Positions 14,024 to 25,400 of a stretch of 38,027 nucleotides of DNA are shown piece by piece (within the stretch, counting starts at the first letter, position 1; each line of letters opens with the position of its first letter). The DNA lies in IMG/VR virus record IMGVR_UViG_3300020187_000003. One strand, 5' to 3'. This stretch comes from a virus. The translations under genes and the position numbers were made by a program. A model generated the notes under the pieces. That model ran no database searches, was not told where the DNA came from, and saw nothing but the letters and a program-made list of their open reading frames with translations.

Positions 14024-14977
14024 ATGGCAGTAGGTAACGCAGATTTTGGAGAGATCGCTTCAACGACTCTCAACGAGCATGCTTCAATGCTCGCTAATAA
14101 CATTTTTGAGAATCAGCCGTACATGTTCTGGATCAACCAGGCTGGCCGGGTTAAGGATTTTGCTGGTGGTGCTACCATCGTCGAGCCTTTGATCCACGCA
14201 GTAAACGGCACGTTCTCGTCTTATTCGGGTTATGACACCCTGACCGTAACGCCTCAAGAAGGCATTTCGTCGGCAGTGTTTACGCCTCAGCAAGCATATG
14301 TCAGTGTTGCTATTGACGGTTTCAGTCAAATGGTTAACGCTGGGCCGGAAGCAGTCATTGACTTGCTTGAAGCCAAGATGATGCAGGCTACCGAAACGGT
14401 CACTCAGGAAATGAACACCATGTTGGTGACTTCTGATGGCACAGGTAACAGTGGCAAGGACTGGTTGGGTCTTACGGCTTTGATCGGTGACCACGTCACT
14501 GGTAACGCTAACGTCGGCGGCATTGTTGTGGCCGATAACACTTGGTGGCGTTCACAGGTTGACGATGTCGGCGCTGGCGCTCTGGTTCTGTCTGACATGA
14601 ACACTATGGTGAATAACTGCAGCAATGGTGTAGACCGACCTGACCTCATTCTGACTTCGCAGAAGCAGTTTGAAGCGTTCGAGGCGCTGTTGGCTCCTCA
14701 GCAAATGTTCCGTGATCAGTCGATTGCAAACGCCGGTTTCCGCAACCTGCTTTACAAAGACATCCCGGTCATTTATGATACGAATGTTGCCGACGATGAC
14801 ATGTACTTCTTGAACTCGAAGTATCTCAAGCTGCGCCCTAACCGTCGCACTTGGTTCACGACAACTCCATTCGTGCGTCCCCACAATCAGGACGCAATTT
14901 ATGCCCAGATTCTCATGGGCGGTCAGCAGACCGTAAATAACCGTGCGCGTCAGGGCTATATGCACAACATCGGTTAA
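14024..14977 (+). CDS. Major capsid protein
   Basis: 317-aa ORF with a strong AGGAG SD, in the capsid slot after the scaffold. Size and composition are typical of HK97-fold podovirus capsids. Confidence 0.78.
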   Translation: MAVGNADFGEIASTTLNEHASMLANNIFENQPYMFWINQAGRVKDFAGGATIVEPLIHAVNGTFSSYSGYDTLTVTPQEGISSAVFTPQQAYVSVAIDGFSQMVNAGPEAVIDLLEAKMMQATETVTQEMNTMLVTSDGTGNSGKDWLGLTALIGDHVTGNANVGGIVVADNTWWRSQVDDVGAGALVLSDMNTMVNNCSNGVDRPDLILTSQKQFEAFEALLAPQQMFRDQSIANAGFRNLLYKDIPVIYDTNVADDDMYFLNSKYLKLRPNRRTWFTTTPFVRPHNQDAIYAQILMGGQQTVNNRARQGYMHNIG

Positions 14978-14988
14978 GGGGATAATTC

Positions 14989-15399
14989 ATGGCATTAACT
15001 TTGAAAGCCACTGATGCAAGTGGTAATCCTGGCACGGTTGTCGGCCGGGCTATGGACCGTATTGGGATTGGCGGTCGCCCTATCAAGGGCGTCGGCAAAC
15101 TTCATTACGCTTCGTACCTGATCGACCTCGAAAACACTGCGTATGTGACTGGCGGTGTGCCCATTCCTGTGGGTACGTGCGGGTTCACACGCATCTTTGA
15201 CATGTTGGTGCTCGCAGGTAAAGACCCTTACGGGGCTGCGGATGTGCCACACGTAACTACCGGTTTGACGTTTACTTTGGACAGTACGGACCCTACGGTC
15301 CCACTGCTGGTCATTAAAGACGACGCTGGTGAAGTAGCGGCCGCTTCAACTCAAGCTGCAGGTTCTGCAGTTTGGGTTGTGTTTGGTGGTTTGCGATGA
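14989..15399 (+). CDS. Hypothetical head-associated protein (136 aa)
   Basis: ORF 11 nt after the capsid stop, co-oriented. No motif recognised. Confidence 0.65.
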   Translation: MALTLKATDASGNPGTVVGRAMDRIGIGGRPIKGVGKLHYASYLIDLENTAYVTGGVPIPVGTCGFTRIFDMLVLAGKDPYGAADVPHVTTGLTFTLDSTDPTVPLLVIKDDAGEVAAASTQAAGSAVWVVFGGLR

Positions 15400-15626
15400 T
15401 ACAGGGGGACCCAGCCCATGCGTGGTACGGTCCCCCTGGTTCTGAACCTGTTAGTGGGCCGGGGTCTAATCAGATCTCGGCCTACAACGGGCCAGGCCAG
15501 GGCGTTGTTCAAGTGTTTGAACCGCGTGAAGAGGCTGCAGTCGGATGCCAGGGCAAATTGTCTGACAATACTCGATGCCGTAAAGGCAAGAAACCTTTGT
15601 GTAAAGAGCACCTCCACCTGAAATAA
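15396..15626 (+). CDS. Small Gly/Pro-rich protein with a C-terminal C-X9-C-X8-C-X2-H motif
   Basis: ATGA overlap with the upstream stop (15396-15399). C-terminal segment GCQGKLSDNTRCRKGKKPLCKEH. Confidence 0.5.
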   Translation: MIQGDPAHAWYGPPGSEPVSGPGSNQISAYNGPGQGVVQVFEPREEAAVGCQGKLSDNTRCRKGKKPLCKEHLHLK

Positions 15627-15635
15627 GGATTATAA

Positions 15636-16430
15636 ATGTCAGTACTTGAACCGGGTGGGGCAACGACTTACGACAGGGTCCGTGATTGGGCTTTGGATGT
15701 AGGAGGATGGGGGACGACGTGTCCTGTGCCTGCTGAGATAATGGATGCACTGCTGCTTGATTGCTTGCAGACAATCCACACGCAAATCTGGGACCACGAC
15801 AAATATAAAGCCAAGTGGTCATTTACAATTGCTGCTGACGATTACTTTGTGGACGCCGGTGGTGGCACTCCGGCTATTACTACCAGCATTTTTTCTCCGA
15901 TGTTTGCTGTGTTGAATAAGATTCAACGGCGGAGAGATCATAAAGAACTGTTTCAAGCAGAGTCGTATCCTAAGATCCCGATGGCGGGTTTGGATGATCC
16001 GGTAAAATCGGAAGCTGAGCCTGCGCGTCTGGAATGGTTTACTTGGGGCGACGAGTTTGTTGTCTCCCCTCCTTCTACTGGCGCTGAAACGTACGACGCT
16101 TTCGGTTACCGCATTTTGAACCGTTCTATCTGGACGTATTCTGCGCCTACAACTACTTGGCAAGTCGTGGATTTGCCTGATGCGTACATTGAGACGTATC
16201 AGAAGTGCGTGCTGGGTTTCTTGCTGACTGCGACTAATGACCATGTTGGTGCAGAGAAATGGTTGCGTGCAGCTTCGGACGAGCTGGGGTCTTTGCAGTC
16301 TTTGAACAGCGGTAATGTGATGAACCGTTTGCCGTTGGAGCTGGATGAGCCTTTGCGTATGGGCGGCACTCCTTACAAGAAGTATGGGGTTGGTGTGCCT
16401 TATTACCTTCCTGAGATTGTGACTCTGTAG
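15636..16430 (+). CDS. Putative head-tail adaptor / tail tubular protein A (T7 gp11 slot, positional)
   Basis: 264-aa ORF after the capsid genes and before a 637-aa ORF, matching the T7-like order. Confidence 0.5.
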   Translation: MSVLEPGGATTYDRVRDWALDVGGWGTTCPVPAEIMDALLLDCLQTIHTQIWDHDKYKAKWSFTIAADDYFVDAGGGTPAITTSIFSPMFAVLNKIQRRRDHKELFQAESYPKIPMAGLDDPVKSEAEPARLEWFTWGDEFVVSPPSTGAETYDAFGYRILNRSIWTYSAPTTTWQVVDLPDAYIETYQKCVLGFLLTATNDHVGAEKWLRAASDELGSLQSLNSGNVMNRLPLELDEPLRMGGTPYKKYGVGVPYYLPEIVTL

Positions 16431-18343
16431 TGGCGTTTAGGAACATGCTTGCTGCTCGGGCGCAAGCGAACGCAACTGAAGCGGTCGTGCAGGTCGACTT
16501 TACTGGGGGTTTGCGAATCGGCGCTGATGGCATGGAGTTGCAGCCAAACGAGGTGAGGGATTGCATGAACGTTGACTTCCCTGCCACTGGCGGGGTTGAG
16601 CGACGCAAGGCCGTGTGGCCTTTGGCTGCTACTAGCGAACGCATTTCAACTACGACCGACATCGTGGAATACCGGACACCTACTGGGGTGTATTTGTATT
16701 GGAGCACGGAGGGGGCGAACGAGAAACAATTGTTTGTCGACGGTTCCGACACGCTGACTACGTCTGCGTTTGTGCCGCCTGGTGCAGGCAAATCGTTTAC
16801 GGGCACTCAGGTTGGGGACAAGCTTTACGCCCGCACGGCCAATGGCCCTAATAGGGGCTGGTCTTTGTGGGACGGTACTGCAGCGGTTGATGTGCGGAAC
16901 AAGTTTCGTGAAGACGACTATGAGGGGACAGGTCTTCCCAACTTTTCAGAGTTTCATCTAACAGGCACGCCTCGGGGTAAGAGGTGTTTGAGTTGGAATA
17001 GCCGCCTGTGGGTGTGGGGTAGCGAGGTGGAGTTGGAGGATGGCGCTTACGTGTACGATGCGGCTTTGGGGAAAGCGGTGTGGACCCCTGATGCTGGCCC
17101 TACCTCTTCGTTCTACGAGGACACGTCCACGCTGTATTTCTCGTTTGCTTATGGGCAGCGGGAAGACGAAGGGCCTCAAGACTTTTACGCTAATTGGGCG
17201 TTGAGGTTTGAGCCTGACGGCATGGGCGAGATTGTATCTTTAGCTTCTTTGGGCGAACGCCTGTTTGTGTTCGGTGATAATCGGATCCATGTGGTTAGCC
17301 CTAACTTTGCTGAGCCTGTGGAATTGTTTTATCAAGTGCAGGAGTATCGTTCGGATATAGGTTTGGCTAACAAGCACGCTATTGCTGCTTCAGGGAACAG
17401 TGTGTGGTTCTTTGATCAGGAGAAAGGGTTGATGGAAATCAATTCTGAGGGGGCGCTGGTTGGGCACATGGAAAAGATTGACGGCTTGATGCCGTTGCTG
17501 CTGCGTGATAAGTCTTCCGTGTGTTTGGGTTTGTATGACGACCGGGTGTGGGTGAGTGTCCCTGAGATCCTGCCTGGCGGGAGCGCTACGCCTGATGGCA
17601 ACACTCGCACGTATGTGTATGACATTAAGACTCAGGCTTGGACCCGTTACAATTTTGGGGTTGACAGGTTTTTCTTCTACCGTGCTTATTTAGAAAACGG
17701 TGAGGACAGGTTGTTTGCTTGGGTGCATCAGCACGCCGACAATCCTGACGTAGAAAACTCTATTGTCCAGTTGGATTATGATCCGGTGGATTTCGCTAAC
17801 GATTATTATTTGCCTTCGACTGTCGCTGGGAGCGGCATGGTGCCTATCGAGTCTTATGTGGCTACGTCTTGGATTGATGCGGGGAGTCCCGAGCAGACGA
17901 AGGATTGGGTTGGGGCGGAAATGTTTTTTCGCACGCTGCCTGATGTGACTTGTTCTATTACTGCGGCGAGTGATTGGGATCCGGCTTCTCCTGCGTTGAG
18001 TGTGGTTAAGGATGTGGGAAACGAGGGGACTTGGGATGATGGCGGGTTTTTGCCTACGTCGTTTACGGGCAATTACCCGAATTTTACTGCGGTGCCTAAT
18101 GCGGTGGCTGGTGCGTGGAAGGAGAACTCGGTGTTGTTTCCGACGCTGGTTGCTCGTGAGGGGCGGGATGGGGAGTATGACCCTGTTGTGCCTGTGAGTG
18201 CTGAGCGGTTGGCTCAGCCTGTGCGGGTAAACAGGTTTTGTGCGTCTCGTTGTGTGAGTGTGAGGGTTGAGCCTGTTGAGGCTGGGAAGTGGAACTTGGA
18301 TCGTTTGTCTTTGTTCTTTGAACGATGGCTGATTAGGACTTAA
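16430..18343 (+). CDS. Putative tail tubular protein B / nozzle (T7 gp12 slot, positional)
   Basis: 637-aa ORF with a GTG start that overlaps the upstream stop (TAGTG). Rich in W/Y/G, as beta-propeller-like tail proteins are. Confidence 0.5.
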   Translation: MAFRNMLAARAQANATEAVVQVDFTGGLRIGADGMELQPNEVRDCMNVDFPATGGVERRKAVWPLAATSERISTTTDIVEYRTPTGVYLYWSTEGANEKQLFVDGSDTLTTSAFVPPGAGKSFTGTQVGDKLYARTANGPNRGWSLWDGTAAVDVRNKFREDDYEGTGLPNFSEFHLTGTPRGKRCLSWNSRLWVWGSEVELEDGAYVYDAALGKAVWTPDAGPTSSFYEDTSTLYFSFAYGQREDEGPQDFYANWALRFEPDGMGEIVSLASLGERLFVFGDNRIHVVSPNFAEPVELFYQVQEYRSDIGLANKHAIAASGNSVWFFDQEKGLMEINSEGALVGHMEKIDGLMPLLLRDKSSVCLGLYDDRVWVSVPEILPGGSATPDGNTRTYVYDIKTQAWTRYNFGVDRFFFYRAYLENGEDRLFAWVHQHADNPDVENSIVQLDYDPVDFANDYYLPSTVAGSGMVPIESYVATSWIDAGSPEQTKDWVGAEMFFRTLPDVTCSITAASDWDPASPALSVVKDVGNEGTWDDGGFLPTSFTGNYPNFTAVPNAVAGAWKENSVLFPTLVAREGRDGEYDPVVPVSAERLAQPVRVNRFCASRCVSVRVEPVEAGKWNLDRLSLFFERWLIRT

Positions 18344-18344
18344 T

Positions 18345-19475
18345 ATGAGCGGCAACGATTTTGTAACTATTAATGTAGGCGACTTGACTATCACAGCGGA
18401 TTTGTCGCTGGAACCGGTAGAGGACCGCCCTGCAATTATTGAAGAACTTACCGTTTCCACTCAGGCATACTCGGCAGTTACTGGTGTTCCGTCAAGTGTT
18501 AATCTTTTGCCGGGTTCGAGCACTCAGCTCCAAAGAAATCCTTATAGCACTGCGGACCTGGGGTTGCCGGGTTTAAGCTTTGATGGCCCGGCTGTAGACC
18601 TTAACACTATTGATCAGTTTATGGCACGGCAAGGACAGGAAACTTATTTTCAGTACATGCAAGAAAGCCGTGTAGCGAACAGGGATGCGGCTGCTGCTGC
18701 TGCCGCTATTGCTGCGGAAAACAAACGATTTAATGACGCCATCTCTGCTTTTGATCGAGAGGTGTTGCTGCAGAATCGCAAGTTTGAGGATGAAGCCCGC
18801 AGGCTGTCAGACATTGCTGCGCAAACAAAATCACAATACGACATCCAAGCGGCTCAGCGGGCTGTGGCTACCGCTGAAAGGAACAAGGCGGAACAGGCTG
18901 CAAACTTTGAATTGCAGATGGATTCGTTTGAGAACACTCAAGGCGATTTCTTTCGTGATACTTCCACGGGGGCTGACCCTTCACGGGCTATGCGTTCGGC
19001 TTATGTCGGTAACCAGTCTCCGTTGGCGCAGTATGCGCAGCGGGTGCAGGATCTTGCTACGGCTTCGAATCAGGAGAAACTTGATATCCAGCAGGAACGC
19101 ATTTCTGAGGCTGACCGGCAGGCTCAGTCTGCTATACAGGATCGTCAAGACGCGGCTCGGGCGTTGGAACTAAAACGCCAGAAGGACGAGGAACAGCGGC
19201 TTCTGGCTGGTGCCCTTGTCGGCCAATCTACGGGAGCTAATCGTTTGTCCTTCGACCAGAGGGAAGAACTTGTCCAAATGAAGCTTGCTGGCGGGGATTG
19301 GGAAGGAACTATGGCAAGCTTTAACACCGTGTCGACAGACATCGGGGCGGGTAGTTCTGCTGTCGATACTGCTGCGAATAGTGCTGCTGGAGCTGGTGGT
19401 CAAGTTAATACTCAAACAGATCCAGCACCCGAGCGAATTACAAATAATTATGTATGGGGCGGCATACCTCTATGA
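18345..19475 (+). CDS. Putative internal virion / ejection protein (Q/A-rich coiled coil)
   Basis: 376 aa with a poly-Ala run (DAAAAAAAIAAE) and long Q/E/R-rich helical segments. It sits after the tail-tube genes. Confidence 0.5.
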   Translation: MSGNDFVTINVGDLTITADLSLEPVEDRPAIIEELTVSTQAYSAVTGVPSSVNLLPGSSTQLQRNPYSTADLGLPGLSFDGPAVDLNTIDQFMARQGQETYFQYMQESRVANRDAAAAAAAIAAENKRFNDAISAFDREVLLQNRKFEDEARRLSDIAAQTKSQYDIQAAQRAVATAERNKAEQAANFELQMDSFENTQGDFFRDTSTGADPSRAMRSAYVGNQSPLAQYAQRVQDLATASNQEKLDIQQERISEADRQAQSAIQDRQDAARALELKRQKDEEQRLLAGALVGQSTGANRLSFDQREELVQMKLAGGDWEGTMASFNTVSTDIGAGSSAVDTAANSAAGAGGQVNTQTDPAPERITNNYVWGGIPL

Positions 19476-19999
19476 GTGAAAAACTTCCTCCTCGTGTAAA
19501 GCAGACAGCAGTCGATCACCGGCTGGCTGTCGAATCTGGTAGCGCTGGCTGGGACCAGCCGGGCGGCAAACCGTACAAACAATCCCCTACCCCGAAAACG
19601 CGCAAACCTAAACTGCCTGCGGGCGACGGCATGGATCCCATGTTCCTGCCTGCACCGCAGTACAAGAAACCTGCTCGGGTTCGGCCTGAGAAAGCTAAAA
19701 AGAAACAGAAGGCCAAGCTGCCCAAGCAGCCGCCTAACGTAGACCAAGTGTTGATGGACCTTATTGATTTGCCTGTAGTAGGTGATGACGTGTGGGACAT
19801 CCTGTTAGTTGAACCGTTAACTGTTGGTGCCCGTGCAAAGTCTACCAAAGCTGCCAGGCCAGCAGCCAGGAAAGCTTCTGCGTCTAGCAGGAAGCCTGCA
19901 CCTAGGCAGGGGTTTGCTGCTTTGGCTGAGGATTTGGCGGTAGCGGAAACTTTAGAAGATGTGACGTTGGATAAACCTCCACCGTTTAGGGGTGTGTGA
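19472..19999 (+). CDS. Basic Lys/Pro-rich virion-internal protein (positional)
   Basis: ATGA overlap at 19472-19475. Contains KKPARVRPEKAKKKQKAKLPKQPP. Confidence 0.5.
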   Translation: MSEKLPPRVKQTAVDHRLAVESGSAGWDQPGGKPYKQSPTPKTRKPKLPAGDGMDPMFLPAPQYKKPARVRPEKAKKKQKAKLPKQPPNVDQVLMDLIDLPVVGDDVWDILLVEPLTVGARAKSTKAARPAARKASASSRKPAPRQGFAALAEDLAVAETLEDVTLDKPPPFRGV

Positions 20000-20811
20000 T
20001 GGCTGAATTGTATGAATCGTTAGCTGCTCCTAGCGTGGACGCTATGGTCCGCTCAGGCAGCCTGGTTGAGGCTCCTGCGAGTGACCTGTCTAAGGTGGCT
20101 TCTCGGGCACAGTTGCGCCAGCAGCGCATTATTGACAGGGACCTATCTCCTGATCTGAATCAGGACATGCGTGTTGGTGCGTCAAAGAGGGATAGCGATA
20201 AGTCGGGGTTGGGGGATGTGAGCGGCCAGCCTCAGGGCGTTAAAGGTATAACAAACTCTGTGCCTAAGGCGGCTGTGGAAGGCAGTATGGGTCAGGCCGA
20301 CTTTGTGCTTGACGATGTAGCCCCTTCGTCTGTGTCGACAAGGGTTGAGGCGCGTCCGTTGGACACGGATTACACGTCCTTGTCTCCGACTCAGCGTGGC
20401 GCTGCTTTGCGTGACACGGGCATGGACGCTGTAGATTTTGCTGTGAGCGAAACGGATGGCAGTATGCGGAAGTCTCGTTCTGGGGCTGCGGTGTTGGCGT
20501 TCCAGTTGCCGTCTGTGGCTGAGCCTTTGTTCTTGGCTGAAGACGGCGCTCCGGCGCATGCCGCTTTGATCAAGGCTATTAAGAAGTCTGGGGTGCGAGC
20601 GATTCCGGCTAATGGGTCTGGTGAGTATGAGGTTTCTTACACTGTCCATCCTGAGGATCGTGCGAGGTTTGCTCGGATGGTCGGGTATTTGGAGGCGGGC
20701 CGGATGGAAGAGCTTTCTGATGGCAAGTTTGCTGTAGAGTTTACTGAGTCTAATGCGGTGAATCGCGAGTTTATGCGGGCACCGTTTGGTAGCCGGAAGA
20801 AGAAGGTTTAG
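19996..20811 (+). CDS. Putative internal virion protein (271 aa)
   Basis: ATGA-type coupling (GTGATGG) to the upstream gene. No motif recognised. Confidence 0.55.
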   Translation: MMAELYESLAAPSVDAMVRSGSLVEAPASDLSKVASRAQLRQQRIIDRDLSPDLNQDMRVGASKRDSDKSGLGDVSGQPQGVKGITNSVPKAAVEGSMGQADFVLDDVAPSSVSTRVEARPLDTDYTSLSPTQRGAALRDTGMDAVDFAVSETDGSMRKSRSGAAVLAFQLPSVAEPLFLAEDGAPAHAALIKAIKKSGVRAIPANGSGEYEVSYTVHPEDRARFARMVGYLEAGRMEELSDGKFAVEFTESNAVNREFMRAPFGSRKKKV

Positions 20812-20813
20812 TT

Positions 20814-22403
20814 GTGGTCAGGTTCCAGGTTTTTGATGCGGTTACTGGTGAGGAAACGTCTGAGGATGCGTTGCCTCGGGATATCCAAGGCATATTGAAT
20901 CGTTATAAAGGCAGTTCGCAGAGTCGCGGGGGCGATGATCTTTCTCGGCTGGCCCGTCGGCAAAGCCAGGGCATGGTAGGTGCGGGAGCAAGCGGGTCGT
21001 ATGGGAGGACTCGGCTTCCAAATAACCCTCAAGGGAAAGCAGTTGAGTTCAACAACTCGGAGATACCGAAGCCCACTCTCGGGGAACTATTTTTGGGTTC
21101 GACTCAGTTGGATGAGTTGTTTAAACTTCAGGACGAGTATCCTCGCCAACTCCCTCCGTGGGGCGTAGGGCAGCAGCCTTCCCCCCGCCCCGGAGGGATG
21201 GCTGATATGGCGGAGCGACTTGGCGGCAACTTCACTCCTTACGGTTCCAGCATCTTAGAGCAGCAGGCTGAGCGAGAAGCGGCGACGCAGGCCGACTCTG
21301 ACAGGCGGCAGCGCGAACTTGATGGACTCAAACAATACTATGATGCCCGTACAGCCCAGCAGAAATCAGATGTGTCGGACGCTGCCCGTAACGTCCTCGC
21401 CGCTCCTGATGAGTGGGAGGTGGGGGATGAAAGCGAGTGGTCTGTGAGCCAGCGGGCGTTTGATGACTTGTGGTCTACTCCTGCTTCAGACGATTCTGAC
21501 GGCCTGCAATCTGTGTGGACGGAGATGCAGGAGGCGGAAGCGTTCTTTAACAATTTCGGTTCCACGCCTAATGAAATCATTTCTGGTTTGTTTGCCAATA
21601 ACCGTGCGGCGGCTGAAAGAGCAGAAGAGTGGGCTAAGTTGGCCGCAAAACCGGGGGCGACTGCCCAGGTTGTTAAGACTGCAGAGGAATTGGGGGCGCT
21701 AAGCGCATATACCCGTAATTTCAACTTCAACGCACTGGAACGTTACCGTGAGTTGGCAGAGACAGAGGAAGGGCGGATAGTTGCTCGGGTTCAGGAGTTG
21801 GCTGGTGACAGCGTTGACATCTTCGATAGAGACTTTGACGAAGACGACTTCTACCGGGAAGCGATGCGGGCTGTGAGAGTCGCTGACCAGACGGCTAGCG
21901 CCGACGTGGGGGATATGACTACACCCGAGGGGCAGGCCCAGGCGATGGCCCATCTTACAGACTTCTCAATTGTTTCTGAGAAGGGCGGTAGTGTCCTGAT
22001 TTCTCACGAGTTGGTTCAGTCTCCAGCGGAGGCGGAGGCGGCACTCACCTACACCTTTATGACAACGCCTCTTTCAACACTATTCGTCGGTGAGGGCTTG
22101 GACTTATTGAAGGAGATATCTGACCCTTCAAATTGGTTGGATGGCTCTCCTCCTGATTCGCTTGGGGCGATCATGCCCGTACCTAATAGGGAAGAACAGT
22201 TCTACGAAATACTGGCTTCCGAGCTGGCTTTCATGACCAAAGGGAAACCTACGGACCCGGCCCCCGGCTGGTATTCTCAGGCCCCCACTGATGTGCAGGT
22301 GGCGGTGGCCAAGAAGGTTCACCAGAATCTGATTGCGACTATAAACCCTGAGACAGGGTTCCCGTCTCCAATGTTGCCCACTCAAACCGGGGGGAATGGT
22401 TGA
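20814..22403 (+). CDS. Putative internal virion protein (529 aa; T7 gp15-like slot)
   Basis: GTG start preceded by GAAGAAGAAGG. Acidic, helical. Immediately precedes the giant ORF. Confidence 0.55.
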   Translation: MVRFQVFDAVTGEETSEDALPRDIQGILNRYKGSSQSRGGDDLSRLARRQSQGMVGAGASGSYGRTRLPNNPQGKAVEFNNSEIPKPTLGELFLGSTQLDELFKLQDEYPRQLPPWGVGQQPSPRPGGMADMAERLGGNFTPYGSSILEQQAEREAATQADSDRRQRELDGLKQYYDARTAQQKSDVSDAARNVLAAPDEWEVGDESEWSVSQRAFDDLWSTPASDDSDGLQSVWTEMQEAEAFFNNFGSTPNEIISGLFANNRAAAERAEEWAKLAAKPGATAQVVKTAEELGALSAYTRNFNFNALERYRELAETEEGRIVARVQELAGDSVDIFDRDFDEDDFYREAMRAVRVADQTASADVGDMTTPEGQAQAMAHLTDFSIVSEKGGSVLISHELVQSPAEAEAALTYTFMTTPLSTLFVGEGLDLLKEISDPSNWLDGSPPDSLGAIMPVPNREEQFYEILASELAFMTKGKPTDPAPGWYSQAPTDVQVAVAKKVHQNLIATINPETGFPSPMLPTQTGGNG

Positions 22404-25400
22404 CATGGGTGAAACAATTAGCGAGCTGACTGCCCGCTTAAGCGCACGGCGCGACTCCCGTAGCGGAGACAGTGGTGGTGGCCGTGTGGATCAGGAGCTC
22501 ATCAGGCCAATAGTTGATGAGTTGAATAAAAAACTGGTTGACCCTGCGTTCAGTGGGCAGCGGGATCAGATCCGGGCGCAGATCGCTGACCTGCAGTCTG
22601 GGGCCACTGATGTCTCCATGCTGAATAACGATAAAGGGTTCTTCGGCAACCTGTTCTCAGGGCTAGGGACAGCAATAGACGTGCCGTTAAGTCTTGTGCA
22701 GTCTGGAAGCAATCAAATTTCAGAACTGGTCAAGGAGGCAGCAGGAAGGCGTGCCCCTGAAGGCGAGCGGAATGCAAGTGATGAACTCGGTTGGGGCGGG
22801 TTTGTGGCTGGGACAGCGTTCGGGGATGACAGGGAAAACACTCGGGGTTTGGAAGCGCTGGGTCTTGATAAGGACTGGGAAGGCGGGGAGATCCCTGGCT
22901 TCTTCGATCTTGACACTATCCTAAACTTTGGCACAGATGTGGCAATGGACCCTCTGTCTTTCTTGCGGGCACCCGGCATTATCGCTGACGCCGGAGGGGC
23001 TGCAGCTAAAGGATTGAGGGGCGGTACCCGTGCCGCTGACGCTCGCATTGGGCGGGCTGGGGCACAGCGAAGGCTGGTCGACAACGCTCAGGCTGTTGCT
23101 GCGAGGACTGGGAAGGACATTGATCAGGCTAAGTTGAATGCGGCTGTAGAGTCTTTGGATTCGGGCGGTGTGACTTCTTTGCTTCGTGACGTGAAGAAGG
23201 GGAAGAAGCCTTCACAGTTTTCTTTGGATGAGTTGGCCGAGCTGGGTGTGGAATCAAAGATGCGGCTGGGTGCGTCCCGGCTGGGTTCGTTCGACCTTCC
23301 TGGTACTGGTGGGGTTGCGACTGCTCTTGGTGCTATTCGCACGGGCAGGCTGGGCAAGTTGAGCCGGTTGGGCGACAAGATCGACCAGTCGGGTTTGAAG
23401 AACAGTTCTAATGCTATCCGTGATGGCGGGTCTGAATTTGCGTCGCTGAGGGCTGTGACGATTGAGGCAGGCAACCGGCGTGCAGGCAACATAGTCAAAA
23501 AGATTATGGCCCAGAATGAAGAAGTGACTAGAAGGTACGCCGACCTGTACCCTGAAGTGTACAGGTCTGCTACTGAAAAAGGTTTAGGTTCTTCTATTGA
23601 GAACGATGTAGCAAGAGTTCTTTTGGCCAAAGGTAAAAAAGACGAAAGTTTTACTGCAGCCGTGGATGTGCTGCAGCGTTGGTCGCAGGATATTGGCTCT
23701 CCCACCTTCCAGAGGATTAAGGACGAGGGGCTGTTTGACGACTACATGCGCAACAGTGATATCCCAGTGGAAGCTAGAAGGCTTGCCCCAGCCATAATGA
23801 ACTCGCTGAAGGAGTTAGACGAGTCGGCTACAAAGCTGGGCATGTTGACCGGGGAGGTCACCGAAAGAGGCTCGTCAACTATTGACGACTTGTTGGGTGT
23901 GACGCCAGAGGCGGCTGATGCAGTGCAGACTTTGGTGCAGAAGCCGGGTGTGCTGGTCCAGGGTTTCGGGACTGCACGCCAGCTTGTTAATAACGTTGCA
24001 GTAGTCAAAGTTTTGGGGGAAAGCGCTACTACGGTCGATGGAAGTTTAGGTGAATATTTCTTTAAGGCTTCAGACAATGCAACGCAGAAGGTCTTTGAGA
24101 CTTTCGGGATTACATACACGGACATTGGGGAAGAACTGCAGGGGGTAGTGGACGAAGCGCTTGAGACTGTGACCGGTAGTGGCGACGAACTTGCTGGCCT
24201 GTTGTCAAGAGGGGAAGATCTTGTCGGGTTGAATGTGGCCCGGAATGTGCAGAGAGCTTACCAGGGGTTGAAGGCGGGCGACACCGCTGCCTTTGCAACC
24301 GAGTTAGACACTGCCGCCGAGTTGGGCGCAGCCCAGTTGGACAAGTATGAAACTTTTATCTACGAAGTACTGACTGATGGCGGGGGATTGGAAACGGCGG
24401 CACGCAACGAGGTAAAAAAATTACTCAATAATACTGCGGATGGCGGGCGGAACGCGTTAGAGGCGAAGGTTGACCGGATTCTCAAGAACGAGATGTACAA
24501 CCCGGCCATGAGGAACTCGGACGTTTTCGACAGGGCCAAAATGATGTCTACGGAAGACAGGAATTTTTTGCGGGCAGTGCAGGAACTCCACCCCGAATAC
24601 ATTACGGGTTCCCTAGCCGAAACGCGCAGCTGGTTCACCGATTGGGCTGTGGGAGCTAAGGCCACATTCGAGCAGTACTCCGCCAACTTTACCCCTGAGA
24701 CAGCCAAGGTGTTGACTGACATTGACACTTTCTTCCACTCGGCTTTACTTCAGTCGAGGTTGATGGTTGCGGGTTTAGGGACAGCAGCGGGAGGATCAGC
24801 GGCCCTGCTCCGCAAATTCCCGAAAGAGCAAGCCGATCTGCTCGCCCGTCAGGTGATGGATTTCCATTACAAGGCTGGCGGGACAAACACGTTCGGCGGC
24901 ATCAGAGGAAATGGCACCTTGGGGTGGGATGCTGCCGATGCGATGGCAGAACATTCGAGGTATTTGAACTCGTTGAAGCGGGCTGACTTCGGGGACAGCA
25001 AAGTGTTCGGGGCTGCCCAAACGATTAACCGGGCTTTCCGTCCTTTAGCCACGTTCGGTCCCGGCTTTGTCGCCCGTAACGCTATGGGTGCTTACCGGGT
25101 GAACTTCACTCAGGGCGTCAGGACAGCAGGCGTGGGCGGGTACAGGGAATGGCAACCTGTCTATACGACTGCATTGAAAGCTCTTAAAGATGAGACGGCC
25201 AATGATTTGGCTGCGGGCACTTCTGCGCTGTGGAAGGGGATTCCGGCTGGGCAGAGGGAGACGGCTAAAGATCTGGCTGCTAGTGGCGTGTTAACCACGG
25301 GTTCTGGCACAGGTGCGATTGGTCGTGCGTTTGAGTTGTCCGAGCGGAGTGTGGGTGCGAGGACGGGTGCTTTGGCTGACACGGTGGGCCGGACACAGAA